64,000 nucleotides of DNA, from positions 7,312,130-7,376,129 of the forward strand of contig NC_057753.1 of NCBI RefSeq assembly GCF_004010195.1, in the 5' to 3' direction. The notes under the pieces were generated by a model. It had not been told where the DNA came from. It saw nothing but the letters and a program-made list of their open reading frames with translations, and did not search any database. This document shows positions 1-13,852 of this stretch, piece after piece. Each line of letters begins with the position of its first letter. Positions within the stretch are counted from its first letter, which is position 1. The stretch comes from Chiloscyllium plagiosum. Its lineage: Eukaryota. Both the position numbers and the translations under genes were made by a program.

Positions 1-175
1 ACCCAAGTAGGCAGGGACTTGAATAGTCCAACTTTCTCTCATCATGGATGACGGTCCTTATCTCTCACAAAGTGAGGACTTGCAATCTCAAACTGTCTAA
101 TTCAGGTTTGGGTGGGTGCGGCATTTTGGGAAACTCTGGTGGTAAAGAATAAATCAACGAATATTATTTTGTTTT

Positions 176-1077
176 TTAACGTTTAATGCAACTGGCTATT
201 CTGGCAAAGCGACATAACATCACCTTTTGCAGTTCCTCGCGGAATTTATTTTGTGATACTGCGTAAATGAAGACATTGTTGCAGGAACTGACTAACTGAA
301 GCAGGTTGGTCATCTCTTGAAGAATGTACCGTGGATTATTGAAATCCAGGCCAGTGAAGTATCCCTCGCCTGAAATTCGCACGTAGAGGAAGCGTCCAAT
401 ATATGTGACCCACAGGAGAAGAAAGCTCATTGAGATGGCAAAAAGCATAATAATGGACCTCCTGCGTTTGGCCATCTCATGATCTTGTCGATGTTCGGTT
501 CCCCTGAGCCTCTTGCGGGATCTGCTAGCCGCTATGATGTGTTTGACAGTAAAGGTGTTGAGCAACAGAATGAGGAAGAATGGGAGGAATGGGGTTAAGG
601 TATGGTCAATCCAGTCGTAGACTTGCCAGACTGACAAAATGTAGTAACTGTCCTTGATACCGCAGAACCAAGGCACCCCATCCAGAATGTACAAGGGCTC
701 GTGAATAAAGAAGTAAGGGACATTCTTGACGCAACTCATAGCACATATGATTCCGATGATTAGTGCTGCAGATTTCTCAGTGCAGTATCTGGTCTTCAGA
801 CTCTGGCAGCAGATGGCCACAAAACGGTCGATGGTGAAAGCCACAGTCAGCCAGACTGAACCATCCCGTGTGGTATAAGCCAGCATACTGGTGACTGTAC
901 ATCCAGGGGTGGTGGACAAGAGACTGTAGCGAAAGTAAGTGCCACCTATTCGGTTGAGGATCACGGCAATGACAATAACAAGGAAATCATTCACTGCTAT
1001 CATCACTAGATAGAAGGTGATGCAACGAGATAGTCCACACCGCCCTCGGGATAGAACTATGATCGCCAGCAAGTTGG
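176..1077 (-). CDS. GPR139/GPR142-like orphan class A GPCR gene 1, coding exon 2 (spliced CDS 972 nt, 323 aa)
   Basis: Open ORF with 7TM hydrophobic pattern, TM2 'AVNDFL', TM3 Cys and 'TIDRFVAIC', ECL2 'PWFC', TM5 'PFLPF', TM7 'NVFIY' and helix 8 'FREEL'. Acceptor 'tcatgtctcacAG' on the minus strand (AG at 1079-1078). A phase-1 join gives 'GVP-A-NLLAI'. Confidence 0.93.
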
Positions 1078-2059
1078 CTGTGAGACATGAAAAAGCAAAG
1101 AATGTTATGAACAGACTCCAAGCAATAGCTACACTTCATCTGCACTGTTAGTGGAAAACGTCTGAACCATCACAAAGCCACCTGCATACTCCAATCATTC
1201 AAGGGTAGTTTTTTATTTATTTTATTGTCCTGATTTTTACTGTATACATCAATAGCATTTTCAACACCTCAAAGCGTTTCCTGATTTTAAAGAAGTCTAG
1301 AAGTATTTGAAGTCACCGCATACCTGCAATACTATGTGTTTTTTAATACTCGGAGATGAATGCATCCCTCAATCTGGGAAACGTGCTTATCCACCAAAGC
1401 TCTAAACTCGGGAGGAACCCATCTCCCCCCGCTACCTACTCCATGACTCACTTCTCCTTATTCACTAAGGCCATTTTTTATTACCGTTGCTCTTTTCAAA
1501 CTTTTTGGCCTAATATTATGCAGCTCCGTATGAAATATGTTTGTTAAAGCGACTTTCAGGTAGCCAGATGACACATACAGCAGTCATTGCAGAAAGAAGC
1601 CGAGATCCGCCTTTGTAAATGGCAACTGTATATAATCAACAAATATTGGCATTCACGCTGCCCAAAGTTAAGATGATCATTTGAAATAAAAAATAAATAA
1701 TGAAATTAAATGTTTGATGAATCTTGCAAGCCCAATCACACCTTCACAAAGGTTGCCAATTAATTCCAGAAATCACATTTAAAATGGAGACTGTCCAGTG
1801 GGAAAATTGTTATATTGTACACATTGCATACTTCCAGTGATCGAGCTTTGAATTGTTGAAATCCCTGAGTGAAGTGCTACATTGTAATTAATTTAATGAA
1901 TCGTTTACACTATCATAATATGTATCTCAACATGGTAATATAACCAGCAAAATTGATCACATGATTCCATGCTATTTGATTATCCCATATGATGGGAAAG
2001 GCTGGAGATTGTCGTTTAGTGTTTCAGACTAAAAAAAATTAACATATAAGAAAGACTTA

Positions 2060-2290
2060 CTGATGCTGTAAATCAGAAACATTGACAGACGTTGCTGGAA
2101 AAGCTCAGCAGGTTTCACAGCGTCTGTGAAGAGAAATTAAAGTTAAAGTTACGGGTCTGGTCACCCTTCCTCAGCACGGTTGTGAGGAAGGTCACTGGAC
2201 TCGAAGCCTTAACTTTGATTTCTCTTCACTGATGGTGCCAAACCTGCTGAGCTTTTGCAGAAACTTCTGTTTGTGTTTCTAATGTATCCG
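2060..2290. mobile_element. Old fold-back (palindromic) Penelope-like terminal fragment, family 3
   Basis: Arms 'gttgctggaaaagctcagcaggttt' and 'aaacctgctgagcttttgcagaaac' are reverse complements. A decayed hammerhead-like 'gtgaggaaggtcactggactcgaagc' sits near the centre. Lies in the GPCR1 intron. Confidence 0.6.
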
Positions 2291-2430
2291 CGTTCGGGTG
2301 AGGTACTTTTCTCTCACACTGCGCTGAAGTTGATGGAAATAAAGCCAGAAATAGGAGACATTTCTGGACACTAACAACTACAACTAAATTTGCAAATGAA
2401 TTAGGCAATCACTTATGATTTTTCACTTAC

Positions 2431-2500
2431 CAGGGACACCAAGGACACCGACAATACAGTAGCAAATGGCAAATACTGGACTATTGGCTGCACCATGCAT
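2431..2500 (-). CDS. GPCR gene 1, coding exon 1 (MHGAANSPVFAICYCIVGVLGVP)
   Basis: ATG at 2500, 70 nt, followed by a canonical GTAAGT donor (2430-2425). Joins exon 2 in frame to complete TM1. Not in the ORF track. Confidence 0.9.
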
Positions 2501-4491
2501 CGTCTTTAGGATTTAACGGAATTCCCGAGACTGTAGACCTTCATTTGTGACACAGTCAATTTATTCCTCTTCTACGCTGCGTGAGCGTCTCAAGGGAGAC
2601 AACCAAGTTACAACATGAATCTCCCTTTAGATTCAGTGAACAAACACATTATCTCACTACTACAGTTTATAACATTGACAAGATGAATTTGAATAGTCAC
2701 TGGCTGTAAATTCTGCTGCTGCATTCTCCTGACAAGCCATGTAGATTTCTCTCCATCAAATGTAGCTTCTCATTGTAGACATCGTCTCATAGCTAACCTA
2801 AACATTGGTCATCATCTTTTCAGTTTTGCAAAAAATATTGTCTTTTTTGATGGCAGATTTTTTAAAGATATTTTCTGCATTACCAAGGGTTTTCGTCTTC
2901 ACTGTATTATTGTTGATTAAAAGTGTAAATTGATTTACAACGCAGTTCTAAGTTCGTGTCAACCAATAGAAAATATCGTCACAAATGTAATTTTTAGTAT
3001 GGATTTCTTGACCACGTGGAAAATGCTGAAATCTCCAATTATCCTGCCACATCACAAATGGAAGAAAGGCCTCCAAAGTTCGCTGTTCAGGCAAAGAATT
3101 TCTGATATACTTAAAGTCGACAATTTCTGTGTTGTGAAATAAACCAACTATTCTTCTGGTGCGTTAATAACTGGAACGTGGTTTATGAATTCGAATGAGG
3201 AATATTGACAAATGAATCAAGTTCAACGTAATATAGCTTAAGACAACATAAATAGCAATAAGCAAATGCAATAATATAAAATCCATTGCCCTGTACATGT
3301 TAACATACGGATTTGTGCACCACAAAAGAAACAAAGAATGCGTCCATTAACCTGCAATCTAATGTTGATATAATCATGGCTTAATATGATATTCAATGTG
3401 TAATTTACTGCAAATTTCAGACACAGAGTCTCACATGCTGCTGTACAATCCAGGAGGTTAAAAAAATCAGGAGAAAATGCAGAGAAAAGTGTTTCTTGGT
3501 ACAATCACACAACCTTCAAACTCTTTCGAGACTGCAAAGGTTTCTCCTTAGATCTAAACATGAGTATTTTTTTTAAACTGGAAACCTGGTCTGTGAGAGC
3601 TGGCCACGTCCAGGATGTTTCTGTTGCTCCAATCTTCAAAAAGTATCCCAAGGCCTTACAGAGTTTATTTTCTTAGAGACAGCGTTGTCCCTCTGTCTTA
3701 CAATCGCTCTTCAAAAAGGACAAAATAAACTCTTAAAATGACAGCACAATCACGTCATCTCCCTGAGAAAAAGCCATCAACATGCAAAGATGGCTTCATT
3801 TTTAAAACACGTACTCATACATGACAGCATGTATACACTGCATTGAATGTAAGCATGCAAACATTCACCATAAAGACCTGTGACAGTCCGTTTAGCCCTG
3901 CCACTGAATGTCTCCAACATGACAGCAATTATGTTTTCTTATCCTGCCACGTGTGAAAGCTTCAAATTGAATCTCTGTGCTAATAATCTCTATTGAGACA
4001 GTCTGAATCTCTTATCATGGTATTTATCCAAAGTTTTAATTATTTTTGATCTGTATGTATAATTTTCTCAACAACGTTACTGTCACTAAAAGTGTTGTAA
4101 TAGTGTGACGCCAATGCCAAGTTCTAGGTTTCCCTTGCAGTCATAGAATATTTAGTCTAATGAGTATTCAATTTTCTGAAAACAGAAATACCCACAGGTC
4201 TTTGGATCTTCTCGTCCTTATAACGGTATAGCACCGACATCAACGTGGAGAGCTAGCTTGAACGGCTTTGTGAAATTAGATGTGCCTAACACTGGGTATT
4301 TGGTTAATACAACTTTCAGAGAATCAAATGCCTTCCGACAGTCTGCTGTCTATGGAAACTTTCTGCAGGTGTTCAATAGGTCAGTTAATGGAGCAACCGT
4401 ACTGCGAACAATTTGTTATGAAATTGCGATAAAACCCATCCAATCTTAAACTTTCCTCCTCGTTAGTGGTTTGCAAAACTCCCCAACAGCG

Positions 4492-4870
4492 AGAAAGTGA
4501 GGACTGGAGTTGCTGGGGAGTCAGAGTCGAAAAGGGTGGCGCTGAAAAATCGCAGTAGGTCAGGCAGCATCCAAGAAGCAATAGAGTCAACGTTTCGTGC
4601 ATTCGCCCTTCGTCGAGAATGTGAAAGGGGAAGGGGTGAAAGATAAATAGGGGTTGAGAGTCGTCCTGCGGGTACGGTAAATAGGAAGTTGATAAGTGGG
4701 CGTAAATGTGATAGGTTAGCAGGGAGAATGGAACGGATAGTGGTAAGGAAAATGGACAGGTTGGACAGGTCAAGACGGCAGTGCTGAATTGGAGGATTGG
4801 ATCTCGGATGAGGAGTGAGAGGGGTCATTTGTAAACTAGTGAAATCGGTGTTGATCCCCTGTGTTTGAAC
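4492..4870 (-). mobile_element. Penelope-like element 3' fragment (ORF end plus terminal repeat), family 1
   Basis: Encodes 'QTQGINTDFTSL' (PLE endonuclease C-terminus), followed by the same terminal sequence as 13723-13852 and 49411-49616 with a decayed hammerhead core. Confidence 0.7.
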
Positions 4871-5000
4871 ATCAGTGTGGGGGCATCTTTCTATGTCCAA
4901 AAACATAGTCAATAAACGTGACTTGGGATTTTGCATACTCAATCTTAGCCAGGTTGATCATCAAGCCTGCCTCCTAAAGTCGGTCAAAAAATTCTGATAG

Positions 5001-5252
5001 ATAGAACATAGAACATAGAACATAGAAGAATACAGCGCAGTACAGGCCCTTTGGCCCTCGATGTTGCGCCGATCCAAGCCCACCTAACCTACACTAGCCC
5101 ACTATCCTCCATATGCCTATCCAATGCACGTTTAAATGCCCATAATGAAGGAGAGTCCACCACTGCTACTGGCAGGGCATTCCATGAACTCACGACTCGC
5201 TGAGTAAAGAATCTACCCCTAACATCTGTCCTATACCTACCCCCCCTTAATG
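5001..5252 (-). mobile_element. 5'-truncated young CR1 LINE 3' end
   Basis: (AGAACAT)n tail plus 'gaatacagcgcagtacaggccc...'. Near-identical to 24188-24430, 47186-47296 and 53003-53250. Confidence 0.85.
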
Positions 5253-7595
5253 CTGCAGATGTTCCTTCAATGCAGAACTGAAAATTACTAGGTCATCAAT
5301 GTGCAGCACACAATTAGGTAATCCATAAACGATGGTATAGCTCGTCTTTGAAACATGGCGGGCGCATTTCACATACCAAGTGGCATGACCTTAAACTGCT
5401 AAATTCCTTTCAGTTTCACAAAAGCCGAAATTCCCTTAGCTCTTTTAGATAAAGGCATCGGCCAGTCTTATCTGACGTTCTTTCCCTCTGGCATTCTTAC
5501 CAAATAATTCAACTCGCCCACTCTCCTTTTGAGTAGGTGAAGGTCCACGAAACCTTGCTTTTAAAGGGTCACCGAGCACTGGATATGCGACTGACACTTA
5601 ATTCTCTAAATAGCATTGACGGCAAACCCTCAACATGGATTTTAAAGTTTAATGCCACCGTTTTAATGCTCGCAGTGATTTTGAATGGTACGCATTGGGC
5701 TTGAATTTTATTATTTTTGCAGCTATCAGCAACTTCCATGAACAATTTCGAAGTACAATCTGATGGTAACCCTCTGCATGGATCTGATCAAATCCTTGAC
5801 TGACTCCTCCACAATCTTTTTTTGTTGTGAAATTGCTTAATCGAATGTCCTCGGAAACCTAGTAGCCATATTGATTTCAGTCAATAAATAATTAGTCCTT
5901 TTTCTATGTGAGGTAGCGTTCTCAAACAATAAATTGATATCCTTGCATAAAGTTCCTCACATGCAGGAAGAGGTATTGAAGGTTCTGGCATTATGCCTGC
6001 CTCAGGTTTTCCAAGTACCTGACACGTGTGACTTATTTGGCAAAATTCAAATCATTCATATGAATTTGTTACAGCACACAGGTGAAACCATCTGTTGATT
6101 AATCCAAACACTCAGAAAAGATCACCTTGCTTCCTAATATGTTAAAGTATGAGTGACAGAGAACTCCCAAATCCTACTATTTAATGAAAACAACAAATGT
6201 CCGCATTTTATATCCCCAACATCGGATCGTCTCATTATTTCAATATTGGGAAAGCAATAAATTCAAACGCGATTGGGTCTTAGTATCCTGGAGCATATTT
6301 TAAACTGAACGGTTACATTAGAATTGTTGCCAAAAACGGCACCAAAACTGAGATGTCCATTTCACAGTTAACTCTAATATATTTTCAATTTTACAGTGCA
6401 TTCTAGGACAGCCATCAAGTCATATGCACAGGTATGTGTCAGCTCTCAGTTAAGAACAGCATTCACTCTCTTTCAAAGGTACAGTACACGCCTTCAACTT
6501 CATAACAACTTGGCCTTAAGAAAAGACGAACCATCATATGAAAAGATGGCGTCATTTTTTTTTCTAATTCTTAACCCCATGGAAATGAAATATTTAGAAA
6601 TTAACACGTTCATGTTAATTTCTGCACACACATGTATAACGCTGGAAGTTGTCAAATCTTATCTGTAGTTTTTCTTTTAAATCCGCAGTAACGAGTCTGC
6701 TGTCACACTTTTATGAGGAGCAACATGTAGAATTTGTAAACTAAAAGTCTGTAATGTAATGCTCCAATGAAATAGTCTCATGTTTGTGCCGTTAAGTATT
6801 TCCAAGATACTAGGAAGTTTATGGTCCCTGTATGCAACTATCTCAAATCACATTGCTCATCTCATTGGTGTAGCTAAAACTGGTGCGGTGGATGATACTG
6901 CTTCTAAATTCACAAATGCCTCCTTTGATAATGCCTCCTTTCACAAATGCATCACTTAGAGGTTACAAACGAAGAATTTTCTTTTGCTTTCTCTCATCCA
7001 TGTATCTGCCAATAACCACGCAATAAGTACAACATTGTGATGTTGGTGGTTTGTCCAACTTTCTGTGTATAGTCCTCCAATCTTGGCACGGGATATGAGT
7101 CAGACTTTTTTGCAGTGTTCACCTTCCGATACTCCACATAAAATCGTTGAGTCCCATCTGGTTTGGGAACTAATAAAATCGGCAAAATCCATTCACTCAC
7201 AGTCCGTTCGATGATTTCTTCGTTGAGCATCGCATTCATTTTCTTCAGGGTCTGTATGGATTTGAAAGGAGGAATTCCGTAGGGTTGTTGTTCCATCGGA
7301 ACAGCACACCCTTCTTCCACATCATGCATTATAACATTACGGCTCCACATCTTATTCCTATGTATGTCCTCATTCTGCTGCAATATCCCTTTGAGCAGGG
7401 TTCTTTCCTCCTGACACAGAGAGTTCAATAACACATCCCATTCTTCAAGTACTTCCTCATTATTTAATGCATTTAGGGACAAATTAAACACCACGTCTTT
7501 TGGGTTTGATTCCGTACTCTGCGGGACAGTAACTAACACCTGTTTCTACAGTTTGTGTCTCTAATATAGAAAGTTGTCAACATATAGGACATAAA

Positions 7596-7950
7596 ACATT
7601 ACAGCGCAGTACAGGCCCTTCGGCCCTCAATGGTGCGCCGAACTGTCAGACCAATCTGAAGCCCATCTAACATACACTATTCCATGGACGTCCATATGTT
7701 TATCCTATGATGACTTAAATGTACTTAGAGTTGGCGAATCTACTACCATTGCAGGCAAAGCATTCCATAACCTTACTACTCTCTGAGTAAAAAAACTACC
7801 TCTGACATCTGTCCTATACCTATCTCCCTCAATTTAAAGCTATTCCCCCTCGTGCTCACCGCCATCATACTTGAAAAAGGCTCTCCCTGTCCACCCTATC
7901 TAACGCTCTGATTGTCTTATATGTCTCTATTAAGTCAACTCTCAACATAC
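7596..7950 (-). mobile_element. CR1 LINE 3' fragment
   Basis: 'acagcgcagtacaggcccttcggccct...' 3' UTR plus RT C-terminal sequence homologous to 24210-24540. Confidence 0.8.
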
Positions 7951-7959
7951 TTACATAAC

Positions 7960-8051
7960 TGGGTTTCGCTTCGGCGGGTCGGTGTGGACTTGTTGGGCCG
8001 AAGGGCCTGTTTCCACACTGTAATGTAATGTAATGTAATGTAATCTAATCT
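7960..8051 (+). mobile_element. HE1-type SINE 3' fragment with (TGTAA)n/(TCTAA)n tail
   Basis: Matches 59340-59424. Confidence 0.8.
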
Positions 8052-9709
8052 GGCATCTTCATCAGGTAGTTTACCTGACGTAACTTTTTTTTATCTCAAT
8101 TCGATAGGGATTACTAAACTCGCCTTTCAATGGATCTCCTTCCACTGGTAACAATGCTAATACCTCATCTCCCAGGGAAAACGTCGGAATTTAGAGTTTT
8201 TATCTGTCACCTGCTTCCTACCATGTTGTGCCCTCTTCGGGTGATTTTCAGCTAATTCACCTGGAGTGAATCTCTCCCTCTCTTGATGAAGAGCTTGGGC
8301 TCAAAAAGTAGATTCTGTTGCTCCTGGGATGCTGCCCGACAGGCTGTTCTTTGCCAGGACTACACTTTTTGGCCCTGTAATAACTCAGTTTCTAATTTTC
8401 CACTATCGTTTGAAACATCATCCGCATCACTACCACCAGATGTACAGGTATATCATTACCAACGACAAATTGTACTCCTGGAACCGAGAGTCTCTCAGGT
8501 AATGCTACCAAAATGTTACCATTTTCGTTGGATTCTTCAACATCGCTTTATTTAATTACACACGTTTTGTCTCACCATGAATTCCATACATTATCACTTT
8601 CTGTAGAATTATACTGTAACAATTACATATCTCACCCTTTATCAGCTTCGAAGACTGACTTGGTCTCGTACCTCTTAAAATTTAACTTTAATTAACTTCA
8701 TCCTTGAATATTTGAGTGGGTCTTACCTTTGCAAGTAAATCATGTAAAGGGACTTGCCACATTCTTATCAAAGAGCGCCTGACAGATTCGTACATTCTCG
8801 TGCAGCTGTTTAGTTTCCAATGAGCTTTCTTTCTGGAATTTAACAGAACTCACTGGCTTATTCTTCTTTCCCACATCCGTTTTCCCAGTGCTTCCTTTAA
8901 ACTATTAATACTGCGGTTTCATGTGGCCTCTTTTATTGAAGTGAAAACATCTGATCTTTCTAACATCTCTATTTACCTCGTGGTTTGCTTTTCGCCTGCA
9001 TTAATCTATTTTCCTACCCTTCAATTAGATCACCTTACCCTTTACCAACTGAGGATTTGACTTTACCTCAATTTCTTGCCTTCACAGATTGAAATTAATA
9101 TCAGACGTCAAACATTGACTTACGAACCATCTCATAATTATTGGACTTTTCAGCTGCGAATTTTGCAGGTTTTTTTTAATCCTTTCAAACTCAGTGTATA
9201 TTTGACAATGGTTTCTCCCGACATTCCTCAATTTTAGAGATTTTGATCACAAAACGAGTCTCAATACCCACTCAAAATATGATAAGTGGATAGTCCCTAA
9301 CCTTCGTTATTCGTTTTTTAAAGCACTGAGTTCCAGATCCAATTCAACTGGTCAAACTACTCGACATTAAGCAAAGCTCAATTTATTGAAATACTGCCGT
9401 TGAATTACAGCAAAAGAACGAATAACAAAATAACTTAATTCATTGGGAAAAGTTATCATAATGTAAGATACAGTAACTATTAATAATTAACTGTTTCAAT
9501 ATAGTAAACATACCCCATAGTGTAAAAAGCAAATTGATCAGTTAGATTTTCTCACCTGCAACGCTCGCAGTTGAGAATCCTGACCTTGCAGCTGAAAGTG
9601 GGAGAGGGGAAAATATAGCTACATTTTCTTTTCAGACTCCAGCAGCCACTGCTTAAAACTGAACCTAAGAAACTAAAACGGCAAGAAATCTTAAATTAAA
9701 ACTGAAGAA

Positions 9710-9910
9710 ATTGTAGATGTTGTGAATCCGAATAGATGTTGCTGGTAAAACTTTGCATGTCTGGCAGCATTTGTGAAGATGGTTCATCGCAGTTAACGTT
9801 ACGGGTCCCGTGAAATTTCCTCAGAACTCAGAGTTTTCAGGAAACCGGACCCAAAAAGTTAACTTTGATTTATCTACAAGACCTGCTGAGCTTTTCCAGC
9901 AATTTCTGTT
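9710..9910. mobile_element. Old palindromic Penelope-like terminal fragment, family 3
   Basis: Same inverted-arm sequence as 2060-2290. Confidence 0.55.
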
Positions 9911-10349
9911 CTGAAAATAGAAACTTTCATCTTAGAAAGTCCTTCCCAACTGCTTCTATCATACCAATGTAAGAAAAAAACGCGGCCCAAGGTATGTACT
10001 GTATGGGCCATTACTAGCCAGTTTGGTGTCTCTGCCTTAAAACCTTGCTTAAAAAAAATGAGAGTACACCACCTCAAGCCACAGCATTCTCATACTGATT
10101 AACGGTCTTTCTGCGGTCAGTGAGCAGCAACCTTCAGACAGAGTGAGAGAGAGAGAAACAGAGAGCAAAAGAGAGAGACGTGCCCATGTGTGTGCGTGTC
10201 TGTGTTTATGTATGTACGCCTTCTGTGCATGCGTGTTTGTGTGTGAGCCAGCACATTGAAGTTTCAAGGGATTTAATTACATACAGAACAGTAAGCAATC
10301 AAATTTGAGCTGGCCCCACTTAGTTTGCAGATTCAGATTATCGACTAAT

Positions 10350-11200
10350 TTAAACTGTGTGCAAACTGGGTCAAGCAAGGCTGCAAAATCGAAGCATCTT
10401 CCGTTCGCCTGTCTTCCTTTCTGCAAAACTACCCCTCCACTCGAAGATGTATAAGCATCCAACTGGAATAGAGTTAATTCATAGGCTCAGTGGGCAAACT
10501 GTTCTACTTAGGTTACTTCTATTTCATGATGGAGAACACTCAAAAAACTGTCAGGAAGATTTAGTAATACGATACATTTTTCCATATGCATAATCAGGTG
10601 CTACCTTCCCAAATAGCATTGATGCATTCGTAAAGAAATATACGAGATAGCATTAAGGTCCTCTTCCATCCTTCTGCCTCTACACAGCACTGTCCTCACC
10701 TCTTTCCTGGCAATCAAGATCAGTGGTGATCCAACGCATCATGTTGATCAGTTCAATACCTTGGGAGCATTCATTCAGCATGTGCAGCAATTGATGGCGA
10801 TACTCAACATCACCTCATCGCTATATTCAGCGTAAGTCTTCGACCATTTGGGGAAAATAATTTGATGAAAAAGATCACAAACCTGTCTGCAAGCTGGATA
10901 GTTTATCCCTGTTATCAGGAATTGGAGAAATGGACAATGTACATTTACACCTATAATCCCTGCAGATATGTCATCCTGTGATTCCTATGGAAAATCCTAT
11001 AAGAGGAGAAGCACACTAATGCAGTCTCGTCTCTCAGGCCAGTCTACAATGTCGATTCACTGCTAACAATCAATCAGCTGCATTGGGCAGTTACATTATC
11101 GACGTGAGTGTCATAGGCCTTTCAAAACCAGCTCTCTAATGGGGGTGAGCATCCTCATCAAGAAAAATGCCAGTTGGGTCGAAGAAATATTTTAAGTATG
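10350..11200 (+). mobile_element. Highly decayed L1/Tx1-like LINE remnant
   Basis: 'IELIHRL...VLLRLLLFHD...IFP' resembles the L1 ORF1 RRM. 'FKTSSLMGVSILIKKN' (~11122-11170) resembles the APE 'GVAILI' motif. Confidence 0.4.
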
Positions 11201-13722
11201 CCTTCGAATTTTCTCTGGAATAAAAAGCAGTTTCTCCATTAATTCAGGGGAATCCTTAGTCTAATACCATCCAATTTGAAAAACAAACTGTGAATAATAT
11301 TTTAAGCATCTCTGGCAGGTCCAGGTGCTGAACAATCATAATCAATGGAAGAAGCGTGTGAAAATCCGAGCATCATCCGGCACCTCCACATCAACGTCAA
11401 TATGTGGGAAATAGGTGCGGGCACGGCCAAAGAGCTAGCAAAATGTGGGATTTTTATCAATATTAAATGAATGAGAGCTCCCCTATTCTCTGAATGTAAG
11501 TGCTATCAATGAGGTTCTGAAGCTGCTCAGACCTGCCCAGCGGAGCTATCGCTGCTGCTTTCTCTCCGAATGAAGATTCAGATTCACCCAGACTGAGACA
11601 GCGTCCTCTGTGCCTGCTCTAAGATTAAACAAGTTCACCCAGTTTCCTTTTATTTTAAATTCTGAATTTAAATTATTGACTTGCAGAAATATATGGCAGT
11701 GCTTGTGGATCCAGCAGTGAATGACGTATTTCATAACCTCAGGACCCACAATAGCGGTGTGGAAGAAAGTCATCCTCGATCCACAGTAACTGCCTAAGAA
11801 GCATATTGTTTTACAAAAGTTATTGTAACTAAGAGGTAGACATTCAGACTACATTTTGGATGGTGTAAATGCACCTTTCAGTCTAAAAATATAAATGAAC
11901 ATACTCCACCATTATCTAAATTTCGACTAATTCGACTAAACTAATTCTTCCGACTATCATTATCACCCGAACATCTTCCTTATGAAGTGCTTCGAACAGT
12001 TAGGAGTGAGACAGATCTGAACGAAAAAAAAAACCCGAAAGGTCTGCAGATGCTTCAAAAATGAAATAAATCAGAAATCGCTGGACAAATTCAGTAGTCC
12101 TGGCAGCATCACTGAAGAGAAAGCATTTAAGAGCATTGTGTCCAATTTAGAACATTGCACTTTAGGAAGAAGGTGATCACTTCGCTGAAAAATTGTACAA
12201 GGATAAAGATAAATTGTGGGGGTGGGGTTGGGCAGAAACCTCGCATGGCAAGTTCGAGTGGCGTCTGTTGCAATCTATCCATTGCATTGTTCCAATAAAG
12301 ACTTTGGGGAAATGAGAAGAGAGAATGACTGATAGACAGCTTCTTCAAAGATGGTTCTGAGTAAACAAAACAGCTCTATGCTTCTTGATCTAAAGCTCTG
12401 CAGAAGAGTCATACTGGACTCGAAATGGGAACTCAGCTTCTCTCTATGTTGAGACTGCCAAACGACTGAGATGCTTCAACACTTACTATTTTTACTTCAG
12501 ATTTCCAACATTTGTAGTGCAGTGTTTTGTTTCTATGTTGACGACTGTTGGTTGCCCAATTACTTAAGAGAAATTAAAGATCTCAAGTACAGCTTGAATG
12601 TTTTGTAAATATCTTTCAGATGCTGATGTACTTGTTATTCCAATTGACATTCCACTTCCTTGCGCTCCAGAGGGGAATTGGTGTGGATGATCCGGATGTA
12701 TCCTTTCAAAGGGTTTTCATTGTCTTGGGAAATTGCCGAAAGTAAAAAAAAAAAGAATATTTACAACAAAAAGAGACTATTCAGACACTTAAAGCACCCT
12801 CAAAGATTCAATTAGATCAAGATTGAAACATTTCTGAATTTGATTTCAATTGCCCTTGTTTCATATGCCATAGTTATCTTTACAATCATCGAATATGTCA
12901 GATTTCAAACTGGCACTTGGTGCCCAGAGTCTGCAAAGTTTTGGTGGAAAAAGGTCTATTTTTTCAGTTCTCCATCTTTCTGTTTTGCTGACATTTCTGA
13001 TCTTGGCTCACTGCGTTCTTCCAGTGAAACTAAATATAATCTTCAAGAAAGGACCTCATATTTCAGTGAGGCTCATTATAGCTTTCTGGAATCACCTTAG
13101 AGACTATCAACTTCATACTTTGACCTCTGGCCCCATTTTGTTTTCATTTCTTTTCTTGTTTAAATTTGATTGTTTTTTGTTCAACAGTGCACGTGCTCCA
13201 GGCACATCTTTTCTTACTTTGTTTCTTTCTGAAGGCAACTGCATTCCCCGTGTCCTTGAGTATACTAACCATTCTGCCATCTCATGTCTTCTGTCATTCA
13301 TCCTGTCACAGCCCGTCTTTCAGTCCTTGTCTCCCCTTGCTCCTAACCTGTTAGATATTGCAGTTCTGGTAAAAGTTAAATGACCTGAAACATTAACTTT
13401 ATTTCGTTTTGCACAGATGCTGCCAGAAATGCTGCGTTTCTTAGCAACATATTCTGTGTTTATTCTGAATCTGTGCTGTTCTTCGTATTAAAGAATTGAT
13501 CGTGTACAAAGTTCAGTACTGAATATTCTCAATTTCCCCAAAGAGCGTAATAGATTCCGTATACATCCAATTAATACTTCTGACAGTTTTTAGTGAATTC
13601 TCTGTAATTCAGAGCAATATCAATTGAGTTTCACATTCCAGGAACAACCATGATTTGCGAATATTGTACGATAAAGTTTTCATAGCCCCCTACATTTCTA
13701 ACCAAGAAGTGTTTCGTGTTGT

Positions 13723-13852
13723 AATCCTGAAGAAGGGCTCATGCCCGAAACGTCAATTCTCCTGCTCCTTGGATGCTGCCTGACCTGCTGCGCTTTTCCG
13801 GCAACACATTTTTAGCTCTGATCTCCAGCACCTGCAGTCCTCACTTTCTCCT
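13723..13852 (+). mobile_element. Penelope-like terminal fragment, family 1, beginning with a minimal hammerhead motif
   Basis: CTGAAGA-A-GGGC-TCAT-GCCC-GAAA-CG-TC at 13727-13754, then the family terminal sequence. Flanked by a 'tgtaat' duplication. Confidence 0.8.

Larger units (their letters stand above)
3240..6060 (-). mobile_element. Degraded Gmr1-like Gypsy LTR retrotransposon A (IN, RT, RNase H, PPT, 3' LTR)
   Basis: Minus-strand remnants: integrase 'EFCQISHTCQVLGKP' (~6000-6050) and 'NYLLTEINMATRFP' (~5850-5895), RT 'FFDRL*EAGLMINLAK' (~4945-4995), RNase H 'PVLGTSNFTKPFKLAL' (~4250-4295). The PPT/LTR junction near 3757 resembles the junction at 43780-43830. Left boundary approximate. 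Confidence 0.7.
6067..10060 (-). mobile_element. Degraded Gmr1-like Gypsy LTR retrotransposon B (LTR-like ends, gag, IN C-terminus, RT, RNase H end)
   Basis: ORF 6994-7539 has the RT motif 'LLVPKPDGTQRFYVEYRKVN...DSYPVPRLED...LLRGYWQ'. IN C-terminus 'FSLGDEVLALLPVEGDPLKG' ~8120-8185, decayed zinc knuckle 'RCFHFNKRGH' ~8920-8955, RNase H end ~6695-6770. May be more than one element. Confidence 0.7.

Noticed and set aside
12840..13383. 162-aa hydrophobic ORF
   Set aside because: T-rich low-complexity sequence with no recognisable motif or splice structure.
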